NCBI GenBank assembly: GCA_965223865.1
Contig: OZ245020.1
Location: forward strand, 1,248,001-1,312,000
From: Nitrosarchaeum sp.
GTDB lineage: Archaea > Thermoproteota > Nitrososphaeria > Nitrososphaerales > Nitrosopumilaceae
Length of the DNA stretch: 64,000 nucleotides
Direction: 5' to 3'
Part shown: piece after piece, positions 47,503-58,285 of the stretch
Layout of the letters: the number at the start of each line of letters is the position of its first letter
Position numbering within the stretch: position 1 is the stretch's first letter
Position numbers and translations under genes: made by a program
The notes under the pieces: generated by a model
What the model was told of the DNA's origin: nothing
Database searches by the model: none
Seen by the model: only the letters and a program-made list of their open reading frames with translations

Positions 47503-48539
47503 TCTCAGATTTTATCTCAAAATTAGAACAAAAAACAGATCTGACTTATGATGAGATGAATTCTATTATGACTGAGATTCTATCAGGTAAAACGAATGAT
47601 CAGGAAAATACCAATTTTTTATCTAGTCTGGCTGAAAAAGGTGAATCTGATGATGAGCTTTTAGGCATGTTAGACAAAATGCAGGAATTTGCACTCAAAG
47701 TCGAGCCTAAAAACCAGGGAACCATAATAGACATGTGCGGAACCGGAGGCGATAATCTCCAGACATTTAATGTGTCCACTACTGCATCCTTTGTAGTAGC
47801 AGCTGCTGGCGGAATTGTGGCAAAACATGGTAATCGCTCAAGCTCAGGTATCTCAGGAAGTGCAGATATTTTTGAGTATTTTGGATACGATTTGAACCAA
47901 GAACCTTCAAAAATTGCAGACATTCTAGAAAAACACAACATCTGCTTTATGTTTGCACAAAAGTTTCATCCTGCAATGAGACATGTATCTGCAGCAAGAA
48001 AACAGCTTGGCAAAAGAACTGCTTTTAATCTTTTAGGACCACTCTCAAATCCAGTTGGAGTAAAAAATCAATTAGTAGGAGTTTTTTCTATTGAATATCT
48101 AGATAGACTGCCCTTAATTCTAAAAAGAAAAGGAGCAGAAAATATCATGACAGTTCGTTCCGATGATGGAATGGATGAATTTTCTACCACTTCAACTAAT
48201 CGCGTATGCATTTTAAGAAATGACAAAGTGTTGATGAATGCAATTGATCCTGAAGTGATAGGATTACATAAATCAAAACTAGAAGATATTCAAATTCAAA
48301 CAAAAGAAGATGCAATAAAGTCATTTGTAGGAGTTTTAAACAACACTGCAAATCAGGCAATGATTGAAACTACTGCACTTAATGCTGCAGGAGGATTGAT
48401 TGTCGCAAACATTTCAAAAAATTTTGAAGAAGCAGTCGAGATTTCATTAAATACAATTAAAGATGGCAAGGCATTCAAATTACTAGAGAAATTTGTTGCA
48501 GCTACTGGAGACATTAAAAAACTAAAGGAATTAGTATGA
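47499..48539 (+). CDS. trpD: Anthranilate phosphoribosyltransferase
   Basis: CGTGGD, KHGNRS, FNLLGPL.NP. Confidence 0.96.
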   Translation: MISDFISKLEQKTDLTYDEMNSIMTEILSGKTNDQENTNFLSSLAEKGESDDELLGMLDKMQEFALKVEPKNQGTIIDMCGTGGDNLQTFNVSTTASFVVAAAGGIVAKHGNRSSSGISGSADIFEYFGYDLNQEPSKIADILEKHNICFMFAQKFHPAMRHVSAARKQLGKRTAFNLLGPLSNPVGVKNQLVGVFSIEYLDRLPLILKRKGAENIMTVRSDDGMDEFSTTSTNRVCILRNDKVLMNAIDPEVIGLHKSKLEDIQIQTKEDAIKSFVGVLNNTANQAMIETTALNAAGGLIVANISKNFEEAVEISLNTIKDGKAFKLLEKFVAATGDIKKLKELV

Positions 48540-49315
48540 TGGCTCAAAACATTCTAAGAAAACTTGTAAACAATTCACAAGCTGCAATTGATGATGGTGT
48601 TTATGATATTGATGTTGATTTGCAACAATCAAACAAGGACTTTATACAAATAATCAAGACATATCGTCATGCTACACTTTTAACTGAAATAAAGTTTGCA
48701 TCTCCATCTCTTGGTAAAATTAGAACAGTAACAAATCCTGTAAGTATTGCAAACCAGATGATTGCAGGAGGTTCTAAGGCACTCTCTGTTCTGACTCAAC
48801 CACATCTGTTTAATGGCTCACCGGAATATTTCATGCAAGTAAGACAAGCAGTAGATGTTCCTTTACTAATGAAAGATATTATGATTGATAAAATTCAAAT
48901 CGATGCTGCAAAAAAAATTGGCGCTGACTTTATGCTTGTGATACAATCCTTATTTGATCAAGGACATCTCAAAGATATTGATGAGTTTATTGATTATGGT
49001 CACAAACAGGGACTAGAAGTTCTACTTGAAGTGCACACAAAAAAAGAATTTGAGAATGCACTCAAAACCGATGCTGACTTGATTGGAATTAATAATAGAA
49101 ACTTAGACACTTTAGAAATCGATCTAAAAACCACCGAAATAATTCTTGAAGGATATGAAAAGACAAGACCAATTCTATCTGAGAGCGGAATTGAGACGCA
49201 AGAAGACATTCAATATCTGAGAAAATATGGCGCAGATGCTTTCTTAATAGGGTCAAGTATTATGAAAAGTGATAATATCGAAGAACAGGTAAGACAATTG
49301 GTGAATGCATATTGA
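48536..49315 (+). CDS. trpC: Indole-3-glycerol phosphate synthase
   Basis: [25 protein letters not shown]. Confidence 0.95.
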   Translation: MMAQNILRKLVNNSQAAIDDGVYDIDVDLQQSNKDFIQIIKTYRHATLLTEIKFASPSLGKIRTVTNPVSIANQMIAGGSKALSVLTQPHLFNGSPEYFMQVRQAVDVPLLMKDIMIDKIQIDAAKKIGADFMLVIQSLFDQGHLKDIDEFIDYGHKQGLEVLLEVHTKKEFENALKTDADLIGINNRNLDTLEIDLKTTEIILEGYEKTRPILSESGIETQEDIQYLRKYGADAFLIGSSIMKSDNIEEQVRQLVNAY

Positions 49316-50502
49316 AGTATCCTAAAGAAGGAAGGTTTGGAGAATTTGGTGGAAAATACATTCCTGAAACTTTGGTTCCAGCAATAGAAGAATTAGAAGA
49401 AAATTATCTCAAATTCAAAAATGATAAAAATTTCAAAAAGGAACTAGATTATTATCTAAAACAATATGCTGGAAGACCAACTCCACTTTACTATGCAAAG
49501 AATCTTACTGAAAAAATTGGTGGTGCAAAAATTTACTTAAAACGTGAGGACTTGCTTCATGGAGGAGCTCACAAGATAAACAATACACTAGGTCAGGCAC
49601 TTCTTGCAAAGAGGATGAAGAAAAAGAGAATCATAGCTGAAACTGGTGCAGGTCAGCATGGAGTTGCAACAGCTATGGCATGTGCAGCCTTGGGAATGAA
49701 AGCCGAAGTGTACATGGGATACAAAGACACAATCCGACAAAAGCTAAACGTGTTTAGAATGAATATGTTGGGATCAAAGGTACATCCTGTAAAATCAGGC
49801 TCTAAAACTCTCAAAGATGCAATCAATGAGGCAATTAGAGATTGGATTACAAATGTAGAGAATACATACTATTTGTTAGGCTCTGCAGTGGGACCGCATC
49901 CATATCCTGTAATGGTAAGAGATTTTCAAAGTGTGATAGGTGAAGAGATAAAATCTCAGATGAAAAAAATCAATAACAATACACCTGACAGTGTTATTGC
50001 CTGTGTTGGTGGTGGATCTAATGCAATTGGAACCTTTTACCCACTTGTTGACACTAATGCCAAAATTATTGGAGTCGAGGCTGCAGGTCATGGATTGAAG
50101 ACAAAATTACATTCAGCGACACTTTCAGCAGGAAGCAAGGGAGTATTACATGGAATGATGACCTATTTACTACAAGATGAAGAAGGACAAATAACTGAAA
50201 CTCACAGCATTTCAGCAGGACTGGATTATCCTGGAGTTGGTCCTGAACACTCTTTTCTTAAAGATTCAAAGCGTGTAAAATATCATTCTGCAACTGATGT
50301 TGAAGTTATTGATGCCTTTTTGCTCCTTACAAGAACAGAAGGAATTATTCCTGCATTAGAATCAGCTCACGCAATTGCCGAAGCTGTCAAGGTTGCAAGA
50401 AAGGGGAAAAAATCTGAATCAATAGTGGTCACACTCTCAGGAAGAGGAGACAAGGACGTCGAAGAAGTACAAAATTATCTGAACAAAAATGTCAAGGATT
50501 AG
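49312..50502 (+). CDS. trpB: Tryptophan synthase beta chain
   Basis: [34 protein letters not shown]. Confidence 0.97.
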   Translation: MKYPKEGRFGEFGGKYIPETLVPAIEELEENYLKFKNDKNFKKELDYYLKQYAGRPTPLYYAKNLTEKIGGAKIYLKREDLLHGGAHKINNTLGQALLAKRMKKKRIIAETGAGQHGVATAMACAALGMKAEVYMGYKDTIRQKLNVFRMNMLGSKVHPVKSGSKTLKDAINEAIRDWITNVENTYYLLGSAVGPHPYPVMVRDFQSVIGEEIKSQMKKINNNTPDSVIACVGGGSNAIGTFYPLVDTNAKIIGVEAAGHGLKTKLHSATLSAGSKGVLHGMMTYLLQDEEGQITETHSISAGLDYPGVGPEHSFLKDSKRVKYHSATDVEVIDAFLLLTRTEGIIPALESAHAIAEAVKVARKGKKSESIVVTLSGRGDKDVEEVQNYLNKNVKD

Positions 50503-51292
50503 AGAAAAATTTTCAGAACTTGATGCCAAAAATCAAAAGGCATTGATTGCATATATTATGACTGGATTTCCAAATGAAAAGGCAACAATTTCTACAGTAA
50601 ATGGGTTGATCAAAGGTGGAGTTGACATAATAGAACTTGGCTTTCCATTCTCAGATCCATTAGCTGATGGTCCTGTTATTCAAAATGCAAGTACTGTTTC
50701 ATTAGAAAAGGGTACCAAAATAAAAAAATTCTTTTCTATTGTAAAAAAAATTAGAAAACAAACAGACATTCCTCTTGTATTAATGACATACACCAACATT
50801 CTCTACCAAAAAGGATATCCAAAATTTATTGCCGAGGCAAAAAAAGCTGGAATTGACGGTTTTATTCTCCCAGACATGTCAATTGAAGAATCAGAAAAAT
50901 ATCTAGAGGCTGCAAAAGACAATGCAGATACAATTTTTTTGGTGTCTCCAAATACAAGCAAGAGCAGAATCTCTAAGATTGTAAAGACTTCTTCAGGATT
51001 TTTGTATCTTGTAGCAGTTTATGGAACAACAGGAATTAAAACAGGAGTTAAAAATTATACAATAGAGGCAATCAAGCAAGTCAAGAAACAAGCCAAAGGA
51101 AAAATTCCAGTAGGAGTTGGATTTGGCGTCTCCTCCCCAGAAGATGTAAAAAAATACATCAAGGCTGGTGCAGATGCAGTAATTGTTGGTAGCGCATTTT
51201 TGAAATTAATTGAAAAAACATCTCAAGCAAAACTAGAATCAACTATTGCATCATTTACAAAGAGCCTCAAGGTCCAAACTGTACTTCATTAA
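50489..51292 (+). CDS. trpA: Tryptophan synthase alpha chain
   Basis: [26 protein letters not shown]. Confidence 0.97.
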   Translation: MSRIREKFSELDAKNQKALIAYIMTGFPNEKATISTVNGLIKGGVDIIELGFPFSDPLADGPVIQNASTVSLEKGTKIKKFFSIVKKIRKQTDIPLVLMTYTNILYQKGYPKFIAEAKKAGIDGFILPDMSIEESEKYLEAAKDNADTIFLVSPNTSKSRISKIVKTSSGFLYLVAVYGTTGIKTGVKNYTIEAIKQVKKQAKGKIPVGVGFGVSSPEDVKKYIKAGADAVIVGSAFLKLIEKTSQAKLESTIASFTKSLKVQTVLH

Positions 51293-51381
51293 ATCTAATC
51301 ATAATATTTCTAATAATACCTGCTAGTTTTAAAATAGGATTTCTGTTTTTTACATGCTATAGAATTTAAAAAATTGAAGAT

Positions 51382-51579
51382 TTAATCCATAGTTCTTAAC
51401 TGTGTTTCTGTATCTCGAATAAAATCTTCATATTTCATAATCTGGGTTGTAAGGCGAAAGGCAGTCATTTGGTCTTCATTTTTTTTAGAACCTAAGAAAG
51501 GTTTTCTCTGAATCATTAACTTTTGTTGTTCTTCTGTTGCTTTGAGAATATCATTTCTAAGATCTTCTCTTGTTGCCAT
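51382..51579 (-). CDS. Small coiled-coil hypothetical protein
   Basis: MATREDLRNDILK... Confidence 0.65.
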   Translation of the reverse strand: MATREDLRNDILKATEEQQKLMIQRKPFLGSKKNEDQMTAFRLTTQIMKYEDFIRDTETQLRTMD

Positions 51580-51678
51580 GTATATTATAGACAAGTTTTG
51601 AACTTAAGATTTTCTAAAATACTCAAATGCTATTTTACTTTTTAAAATAAAATATAGTTTAAATCCTAAAAAAGAGTA

Positions 51679-51900
51679 ATGACTGAAAATACCGACTTTG
51701 AAAAACTAGAAAAAACAATCCTCGAATTTATTAAAAATAGAGCAATTCAAAATGAGTCAACCACATCGCGTCATATTCACAGAAGGTTTGATGTGCCTGT
51801 AGAGACTATCGAGCAAATCTTAATTTCCCTTTCAGGAAAAAACCTACTCAAAGAATTTTACGATGAAGAATATCAGGAAAAAAGATACACGCCTGAATAA
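51679..51900 (+). CDS. Small winged-helix-like protein
   Basis: TTSRHIHRRFDVPVETIEQILISL. Confidence 0.6.
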   Translation: MTENTDFEKLEKTILEFIKNRAIQNESTTSRHIHRRFDVPVETIEQILISLSGKNLLKEFYDEEYQEKRYTPE

Positions 51901-51987
51901 ATCAAATGTTAAAAAATAGATGTTTGAATTACCTTGAGTTATTTTAACTATAATTCGTTCATTAAATTAAACAATAGTATAATCCGG

Positions 51988-52080
51988 AAAAAATGAAAAC
52001 ACCCGTCAAAGTGTAGTGGTCGGTTTGACGATAATGGAGGGAAACTCTATTTCAGACTAGACCACTACCTAGATGTTCTC
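51988..52080 (-). ncRNA. Candidate structured small RNA (hairpin element E, same family as B)
   Basis: Perfect GTAGTGGTC/GACCACTAC stem; outer stem GAGAACATCT/GGGTGTTTTC with G-U pairs on the minus strand; 3-prime T-run. Confidence 0.5.
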
Positions 52081-52445
52081 GTTACCTCTGTCATAAAGTA
52101 AAATAAAAAACACTCGTCGTAATTTTAAAACATTTGTAAAAAAGTTAGTAAATTTTTCAACAAATGTAAAGATTTTAAATCTTGAAAATTTTGATCGAGT
52201 CAACACAACAACTGTGAGCATGCTGATGTCTAATACTCTATTGCACTAAAACCAAATTCAAGAATAACCTATGTTCGCATTACTTTGATCCCTTTGTGAG
52301 GATAAAGCGGAATGACAAATTCCTTTCTGGTTTGTGTATATTTAATTAAAAATTATTTCAAATTTCAATTAATTCATACAGTATTTGTATTATCAGCGAG
52401 TTATGGAGGCAAAACATACAAAAACCCGAAACCTGTTTCATTAAT

Positions 52446-54047
52446 GTGCAGACAAAGTTTATTTTTGTAACAGGTGGTGTAATGTCGGGCCTTGGAAAAG
52501 GTGTGACCACTTCATCAATGGCAAAACTCTTACAATTAGCAGATCAAAAAGTTTCTTGTGTCAAAATAGACCCATATCTCAATTATGATGCAGGAACCAT
52601 GAATCCTGTAGCTCATGGAGAGGTCTTTGTTACTGATGACGGTGGAGAATGTGACATGGATATTGGTAACTATGAACGATTTTTAAATCAAAACATTCCA
52701 AAAAACCACAACATTACAACTGCTCAAGTATATTCAGCAGTAATAGATGCTGAAAGAAAAGGAGAATATCTAGGGGCATGTGTGCAAATTATCCCCCATG
52801 TTACAGACGAGATAAAAAATAGAATCAAAAAAATTGCTGAAGATGAAAAATTAGATTTTTTGATTGTAGAGTGTGGTGGAACAGTTGGAGACATAGAATC
52901 TCTTCCCTTTTTAGAAGCATTAAGACAAATGAGAGTAGAGGAAGGTCCTCAAAATGTGATTTTTATACATGTTACACTGGCACCATCTTTAGATGTAGTA
53001 GGAGAACAAAAGACAAAACCTACCCAACACAGTGTTCAAGAGCTACGTAGGATTGGTATTCAACCAGACTTTTTGGCAGTAAGATGTACTCTGCCATTAG
53101 AAGAAAAAACAAAGAAAAAGATTGCATTGTTCACTAATGTCACAGTAAATGATGTATTATCATGCCATGACGTAAAATCCATTTTTCAGGTTCCACAAAT
53201 ATTGTATGATCAAGGCATACTTGATTCTATTTTTAGGAAATTTGGAAAAGTTGGCATGGTAAATGCATCTACTAATTGGGACAAATGGAATACTATTGCA
53301 GAATCGATGATAAACCATGAAGATCAAAAAGTACGAATTGTAATGGTTGGAAAATATGTCACACTATCTGACAGTTACGTGAGTGTAAACCATGCATTAA
53401 AACATGCAGGAGCAAAACTTGGAAAATCAATAGAAATTGATTGGATTGACTCAGAATCCATCTCTGATTATAAGATATTATCAAAATATGATGGAATTCT
53501 AGTACCTGGAGGATTTGGAACCCGTGGCTCTGAGGGAATAATTAACACTGCAAATTATGCAAGAGAAAACAATATCCCCTATCTTGGAATATGTTTTGGA
53601 TTTCAACTAGCTGCAATTGCTTATGGTAGAAATGTTTTGAATTTAGAGGATGCAAACTCAACTGAAATTAAAAAGGATGCGAAAAATCCTGTAGTTGATT
53701 TATTGCCAGAACAAAAAGAAGTCTCTGATCTTGGAGGTTCTCTAAGACTAGGCGCAAATGATATTTTGGTAAAATCAGATACAATTGCACATAAAATCTA
53801 CAATACTGACACAATCTCAAAAAGACACAGACATAGATACGAAATTAATAAAAAATACATTCCAGAATTTGAAAAAAAAGGAATGTTTTTCTCAGCTGAA
53901 AGCGATAATGGAAAGAGAATGGAAATGCTTGAAATTCCAAGCCATAAGTTCTATCTTGGAGTACAATTTCATCCAGAGTTTAACAGCAGACCTGGTTTTC
54001 CTGAGGAGTCATTTGAGGCATTTATTCAGGCAGCTTCTGAAAATTAA
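52446..54047 (+). CDS. pyrG: CTP synthase
   Basis: GGVMSGLGKG, HGEVFVTDDG, KTKPTQ, GICFGFQ, QFHPEF. Confidence 0.98.
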   Translation: MQTKFIFVTGGVMSGLGKGVTTSSMAKLLQLADQKVSCVKIDPYLNYDAGTMNPVAHGEVFVTDDGGECDMDIGNYERFLNQNIPKNHNITTAQVYSAVIDAERKGEYLGACVQIIPHVTDEIKNRIKKIAEDEKLDFLIVECGGTVGDIESLPFLEALRQMRVEEGPQNVIFIHVTLAPSLDVVGEQKTKPTQHSVQELRRIGIQPDFLAVRCTLPLEEKTKKKIALFTNVTVNDVLSCHDVKSIFQVPQILYDQGILDSIFRKFGKVGMVNASTNWDKWNTIAESMINHEDQKVRIVMVGKYVTLSDSYVSVNHALKHAGAKLGKSIEIDWIDSESISDYKILSKYDGILVPGGFGTRGSEGIINTANYARENNIPYLGICFGFQLAAIAYGRNVLNLEDANSTEIKKDAKNPVVDLLPEQKEVSDLGGSLRLGANDILVKSDTIAHKIYNTDTISKRHRHRYEINKKYIPEFEKKGMFFSAESDNGKRMEMLEIPSHKFYLGVQFHPEFNSRPGFPEESFEAFIQAASEN

Positions 54048-54054
54048 CTTAAAA

Positions 54055-55056
54055 TCATTCTATCTTTGATATTTCATAGATTTTTTGTCGAGCATCTCTG
54101 ATTGATACTTTCTTTTTTACATATCCTTTCTTTAACAAATGACTGAGGGCCAGCCTTACTGTTCTGTCAGGAAGAAGTGTCTTGTTTGCAAGATCTTTTT
54201 GTGTTAGTGCTCCTTCATATTCTAGGGTTTTAAGTAATAATTTAGAGCTTGGAGGCATACTAAGCAATTCTTCTGCTAAATGAACTTTCTTTGCAAGCGC
54301 CGAAATTGCTGTGGAATCTTTTTTTAGACGAATTATTTTTGCTGGAGGGAAAAACTGAGTACATTCAACCATTTTATCTACTTTGTATCTATCTAAACCA
54401 TCAAGGACAACTTCACAATGAAGCCTTGCTGCAATGTCGTCAATTTCAATAGATGACGAATTTGATACAATTATTGGTCTTCTAGTAACATCCAGAGAGT
54501 TTACAGATATGATTTCAAATACATCCGAGTCTTGAAAGATTACAGGACCTCCTGCCGACATTGAATATGCAGAAGAACCGATTGGAGTAGAAATTATTAT
54601 TCCGTCACTGTTATCATGCCATACTTCTTCACCATTTACACGCAAAGTATGTTCCATTAACATTGCACTCTTTGATGAAAAGACCGCTACATCATTTAGA
54701 ACAGGATAGACATTTTTTCCATCAATTTTAACTCCTAGTCTTGGGACTTCCTCAACTGTGTAATTTTGTTTTTTTAAAATGTTAACAAATGATGAAAATT
54801 CTCGAAGATCAACTTGGGCTAAAAACCCACTTGATTCTCCTTCGCTAATTCCTAATACTGGTAGCACTGAATCAAATGTTCTATGAAAATAATTGCGAAC
54901 TCCCTTATCTCCGCCTAAAACGATTATGCAATCAGCTTGTTTTGTTTTTGATTTTGAAGTAATTGTATATGATTTTATTCCAACTTCTTCAAGAATTTTT
55001 TTTATCGTCTTTGCTGATGAATCTGTAGTTCCAGAACCATATATGCCGATTTGCAC
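54055..55056 (-). CDS. NAD kinase-family protein with C-terminal MarR-like HTH
   Basis: LGGDKG, GFL, LND, DGIIISTPIGSSAYSMSAGG; C-terminal LTQKDLA..LLPDRTVRLALSHL. Confidence 0.85.
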   Translation of the reverse strand: MQIGIYGSGTTDSSAKTIKKILEEVGIKSYTITSKSKTKQADCIIVLGGDKGVRNYFHRTFDSVLPVLGISEGESSGFLAQVDLREFSSFVNILKKQNYTVEEVPRLGVKIDGKNVYPVLNDVAVFSSKSAMLMEHTLRVNGEEVWHDNSDGIIISTPIGSSAYSMSAGGPVIFQDSDVFEIISVNSLDVTRRPIIVSNSSSIEIDDIAARLHCEVVLDGLDRYKVDKMVECTQFFPPAKIIRLKKDSTAISALAKKVHLAEELLSMPPSSKLLLKTLEYEGALTQKDLANKTLLPDRTVRLALSHLLKKGYVKKKVSIRDARQKIYEISKIE

Positions 55057-55092
55057 ATTGAATCAAAACGAGCAGTATAATAAAAGGATGTA

Positions 55093-55962
55093 CTAGATAG
55101 TCCTGTATTTTAACAAATTGTAAAAATAAGAAGCATTAGTCTGAACTTGATTTCTTTGAGGAATTTTTAGCAATCCTACTTTTTTTGAATCAAGTGCAGC
55201 TTGAGCCGAACCTCCTGCAAAACACAATGCCCACAAAAAGTCTTTCTCTTTTAACATTGTACAACAAAATGTAGCACAAAAGATATCTCCAATTCCGGTG
55301 GTGTCATAGATATTTTTATTTGGAAGTTTTATAGAGTAAACCTTGTCTTTTACCAGTAAAGAGACGTCTGTTTTATCTGTCAAGAGGACATGTTCTGCTC
55401 CTTTTTTCTGAAGTGCTAACATCATTTCATCATTGGTTCCATTGACAATACATTTGGCCTCTTCAGGATTTACTTTGATGGCACTAATTTCAGATAAATC
55501 AAGTTTGGTTTTTTCTAAAACAACATTGTTTTCTGTATCTTTTCTTCTCAAAAATCCTTGAGGATCTACCATTGTAAAGTTTGAATCTTTTTTTATTCTA
55601 TCAAAAACTTCATTTGTAATCTCATGATAAATCGGACTTATAAGAAATCCATCGGCATCTGTCCCGTCATATTCAATTGGTTCACATTCATTTTCTATTT
55701 TTAGGGTTCTATCGACACCTGTGATGTTTATGGCAAATCTAGTTGTTGGTTTTTCAGATTCGCTATTTTCAAATTTTATTTTATTATCTGTCAGATATTG
55801 CTGTGGAAAATCCTTTCCAAATTTTGTAAAAAGATCTACATCAAACTTGAATTCTCTAGCTGTAATTCCACAATAGCATGCAGCACCACCTATTTGAGGA
55901 TAGTTGGAACTCTCTAAAGTGATTGAATCAATTGCGCAATGTGAGAAAACAGCTAGTTTCAT
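55093..55962 (-). CDS. PfkB-family kinase
   Basis: GGAACY, VDPQG, DTTGIGDIF. Confidence 0.85.
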   Translation of the reverse strand: MKLAVFSHCAIDSITLESSNYPQIGGAACYCGITAREFKFDVDLFTKFGKDFPQQYLTDNKIKFENSESEKPTTRFAINITGVDRTLKIENECEPIEYDGTDADGFLISPIYHEITNEVFDRIKKDSNFTMVDPQGFLRRKDTENNVVLEKTKLDLSEISAIKVNPEEAKCIVNGTNDEMMLALQKKGAEHVLLTDKTDVSLLVKDKVYSIKLPNKNIYDTTGIGDIFCATFCCTMLKEKDFLWALCFAGGSAQAALDSKKVGLLKIPQRNQVQTNASYFYNLLKYRTI

Positions 55963-55981
55963 TTTATGAGGTTAATGATCC

Positions 55982-56095
55982 TTATGATTTAGTTTTTTGC
56001 ATTTTCTTCTCAAAACATTTCTTACACATGATGTCTCCTTTTGATAAGACCAATTCTACATTTGATTCAAAACAGACATGACACAACCCATGCAT
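55982..56095 (-). CDS. 37-aa CxxC...CxxC microprotein
   Basis: MHGLCHVCFESNVELVLSKGDIMCKKCFEKKMQKTKS. Confidence 0.65.
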   Translation of the reverse strand: MHGLCHVCFESNVELVLSKGDIMCKKCFEKKMQKTKS

Positions 56096-56223
56096 TAACT
56101 ATCAATGAGATGAAACCGATCTAGAATTAAAACATGTTTGATTTTTGAGGCAATTTTAGGCATAATTCAAGCACTTTTTACAATTATCCGCAAGAATATA
56201 AAGAGGCAAAACCGTATTTGATC

Positions 56224-56511
56224 ATGCCACTTAAGCGTGCAAGTAGAGGACGAACCAAAGGCGGAAAAGGCTCATCTGGAGTTGTACAATGTACAAACTG
56301 TGGACAGACAGTTCCTAAAGACAAGGCAAAAAAAGTCACATCAAGACTAAATCTAGTTGAACACACATTGGCAAAAGAACTGCGAGCTCAAGGAGCATAC
56401 ATTGCATCACCAACGGTTTTGAAATGGTATTGTATTTCATGTGCAATTCACTTTAAAATTCTAAAAATTAGATCTGCTGATAATAGAAGAAAACGTGGAA
56501 AGTTGCGATAG
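56224..56511 (+). CDS. rps26e: 30S ribosomal protein S26e
   Basis: VQCTNCG..VPKDKAKK, YCISCAIH..I..IRS. Confidence 0.96.
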   Translation: MPLKRASRGRTKGGKGSSGVVQCTNCGQTVPKDKAKKVTSRLNLVEHTLAKELRAQGAYIASPTVLKWYCISCAIHFKILKIRSADNRRKRGKLR

Positions 56512-56513
56512 AA

Positions 56514-57086
56514 CTATTCTTTGATATTTTTTGCAGTAAAAATCATTCTCTGAATTAAGGTAATTCCTGCAATTATGACTACAATAATTACTGCAGGTTC
56601 CATAAACCCAATCATACCAATTATTGCAATTACCAGCAATCTTTCTGCTCTTTCTCCAATTCCAACTCCTTGAAGTTTTATGTTAATTGCATCTGATTTT
56701 GCTCGTGCATAACTGACCAATAGTGATAATGTTATAGCAAGAAATACGAGGTATGGCTCTGCATACTCTCCAATTAATATCCCTAAAAATATTGCAACCT
56801 CTGCAATCTTGTCAAACATTGAATCAAGATAAGACCCCTTTTGGGATGTTTTTCCTGTAACTCTTGCAACTTGACCATCTACCATATCAAAGAATCCTGA
56901 AACAAGTAACAAAATACCTCCAAGAATCAATCCATATTCAATTCCTAGACCATAAACTATAGCAGAAGCTAATGCAAAAATCAGTCCAACACTGGTCCAA
57001 AAGTTTGGAGATAGTCCAGTGGAGGCAAAACCTCTTCCTATTTTTTCAAGGCTTGGTCTTAGACGGTCTCTGAGATTATTTAACAC
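56514..57086 (-). CDS. CDP-alcohol phosphatidyltransferase (archaetidylinositol phosphate synthase-like)
   Basis: DMVDGQVAR...G.YLDSMFD signature. Confidence 0.9.
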   Translation of the reverse strand: MLNNLRDRLRPSLEKIGRGFASTGLSPNFWTSVGLIFALASAIVYGLGIEYGLILGGILLLVSGFFDMVDGQVARVTGKTSQKGSYLDSMFDKIAEVAIFLGILIGEYAEPYLVFLAITLSLLVSYARAKSDAINIKLQGVGIGERAERLLVIAIIGMIGFMEPAVIIVVIIAGITLIQRMIFTAKNIKE

Positions 57087-57171
57087 GAAATTCCCCCAAA
57101 AACCAACTATATAAAAAATGAGAAAATAAGTAATAGGGTTTATTGATAAATTTTAGAAATTTAGGCTCAAA

Positions 57172-57336
57172 TTAGAGAGGTTCATCAAATATCATGCATT
57201 CTGTATGAATGGGGTCATCTACATAATGAAAGCAACATGAGCATTGGAATTTTATTGGCTGCTCACAAACAACACATGTATTCATAATTTCAAGGTCTTC
57301 TCCACAGTTTCTACATGAATCAATTCTTGTGTTCAT
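57172..57336 (-). CDS. Multi-CxxC zinc-binding small protein (paralog of 33865)
   Basis: SCRNCG...CVVC..P..FQCSCC...IHTEC. Confidence 0.75.
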   Translation of the reverse strand: MNTRIDSCRNCGEDLEIMNTCVVCEQPIKFQCSCCFHYVDDPIHTECMIFDEPL

Positions 57337-57405
57337 AGATGGGGCTAAACAAATAAGGATAAAACTCATTCAAAGTAATTTGTGCTAGATATTTGTCAAT
57401 AATAT

Positions 57406-58281
57406 TTACTGATTTTGGGATAGATTCATTGCAATCAAAGTAGAGATTATCTTTGCAGCAAGAGAGGCAGTAGAACCATTGTCAAATTGGGGATTTAACT
57501 CTACAATATCAACCCCTGAGACTTTGGTGTCTTTAAGGGAGTGAATCAAATCAAAAAGTTCACGAGAAGTAATTCCAACAGATTCAGGATTTCCAACTCC
57601 TGGAGCAAAAGCAGGATCTAAAACATCAAGATCAAAGCTAGCATACATTGAATCAAAGGAAGATGCAAATTCTCCTAATAGTTCCGGACCCGTTCCTTCT
57701 CTTATCTGTCTGTCAGAGATTGTTTTGATATTATTTTCAGTTAAAAATTCTAGTTCTTCTTTTACAAAGGCTCTTGCTCCTACATGTAAAATGTTGTCGG
57801 CCCCTCTTTCTTCTACAATTCTTCTTAGGTATGCTGCATGGCTTAATTTTGTGTCAGCATATTCATCTCTTAGATCATAATGTGCATCAAAGACAACATA
57901 ACCTGTCTCTTTGGGAAAACTTGTGTATGTGCCAAATGTGATAGAATGCTCTCCTCCCAAGATGAAGAGTTGTCTTTTTTTTGAAACAAGCTCAGTTGTT
58001 ATTTTTTTTACCATATCGATCATTACAGTAGGAGAAACAGTATGAGTCATATTTCCCAAATCTTCAATGTTTACAGTCTCTAAATCCACTCCAAACTGTG
58101 GATGAAATATCTCAATGTTGTTAAATGCATCACGTATTACATCTGGTCCAAATCTGCATCCAGGCTTGTAAGAATGCGTAGAATCAAATGGAATCCCAAA
58201 AATTGTTGCTGCTGGTTCTCCCTCTTCATTAGATGATGTAATTAGTGGATTTTGATTCAGGTATAAATCAAGAAAACTCAT
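57406..58281 (-). CDS. speB: Agmatinase
   Basis: GGEHS, FDAHYD, SFDLDVLDPAFAPG, DIVELNP. Confidence 0.92.
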   Translation of the reverse strand: MSFLDLYLNQNPLITSSNEEGEPAATIFGIPFDSTHSYKPGCRFGPDVIRDAFNNIEIFHPQFGVDLETVNIEDLGNMTHTVSPTVMIDMVKKITTELVSKKRQLFILGGEHSITFGTYTSFPKETGYVVFDAHYDLRDEYADTKLSHAAYLRRIVEERGADNILHVGARAFVKEELEFLTENNIKTISDRQIREGTGPELLGEFASSFDSMYASFDLDVLDPAFAPGVGNPESVGITSRELFDLIHSLKDTKVSGVDIVELNPQFDNGSTASLAAKIISTLIAMNLSQNQ

Positions 58282-58285
58282 AATT

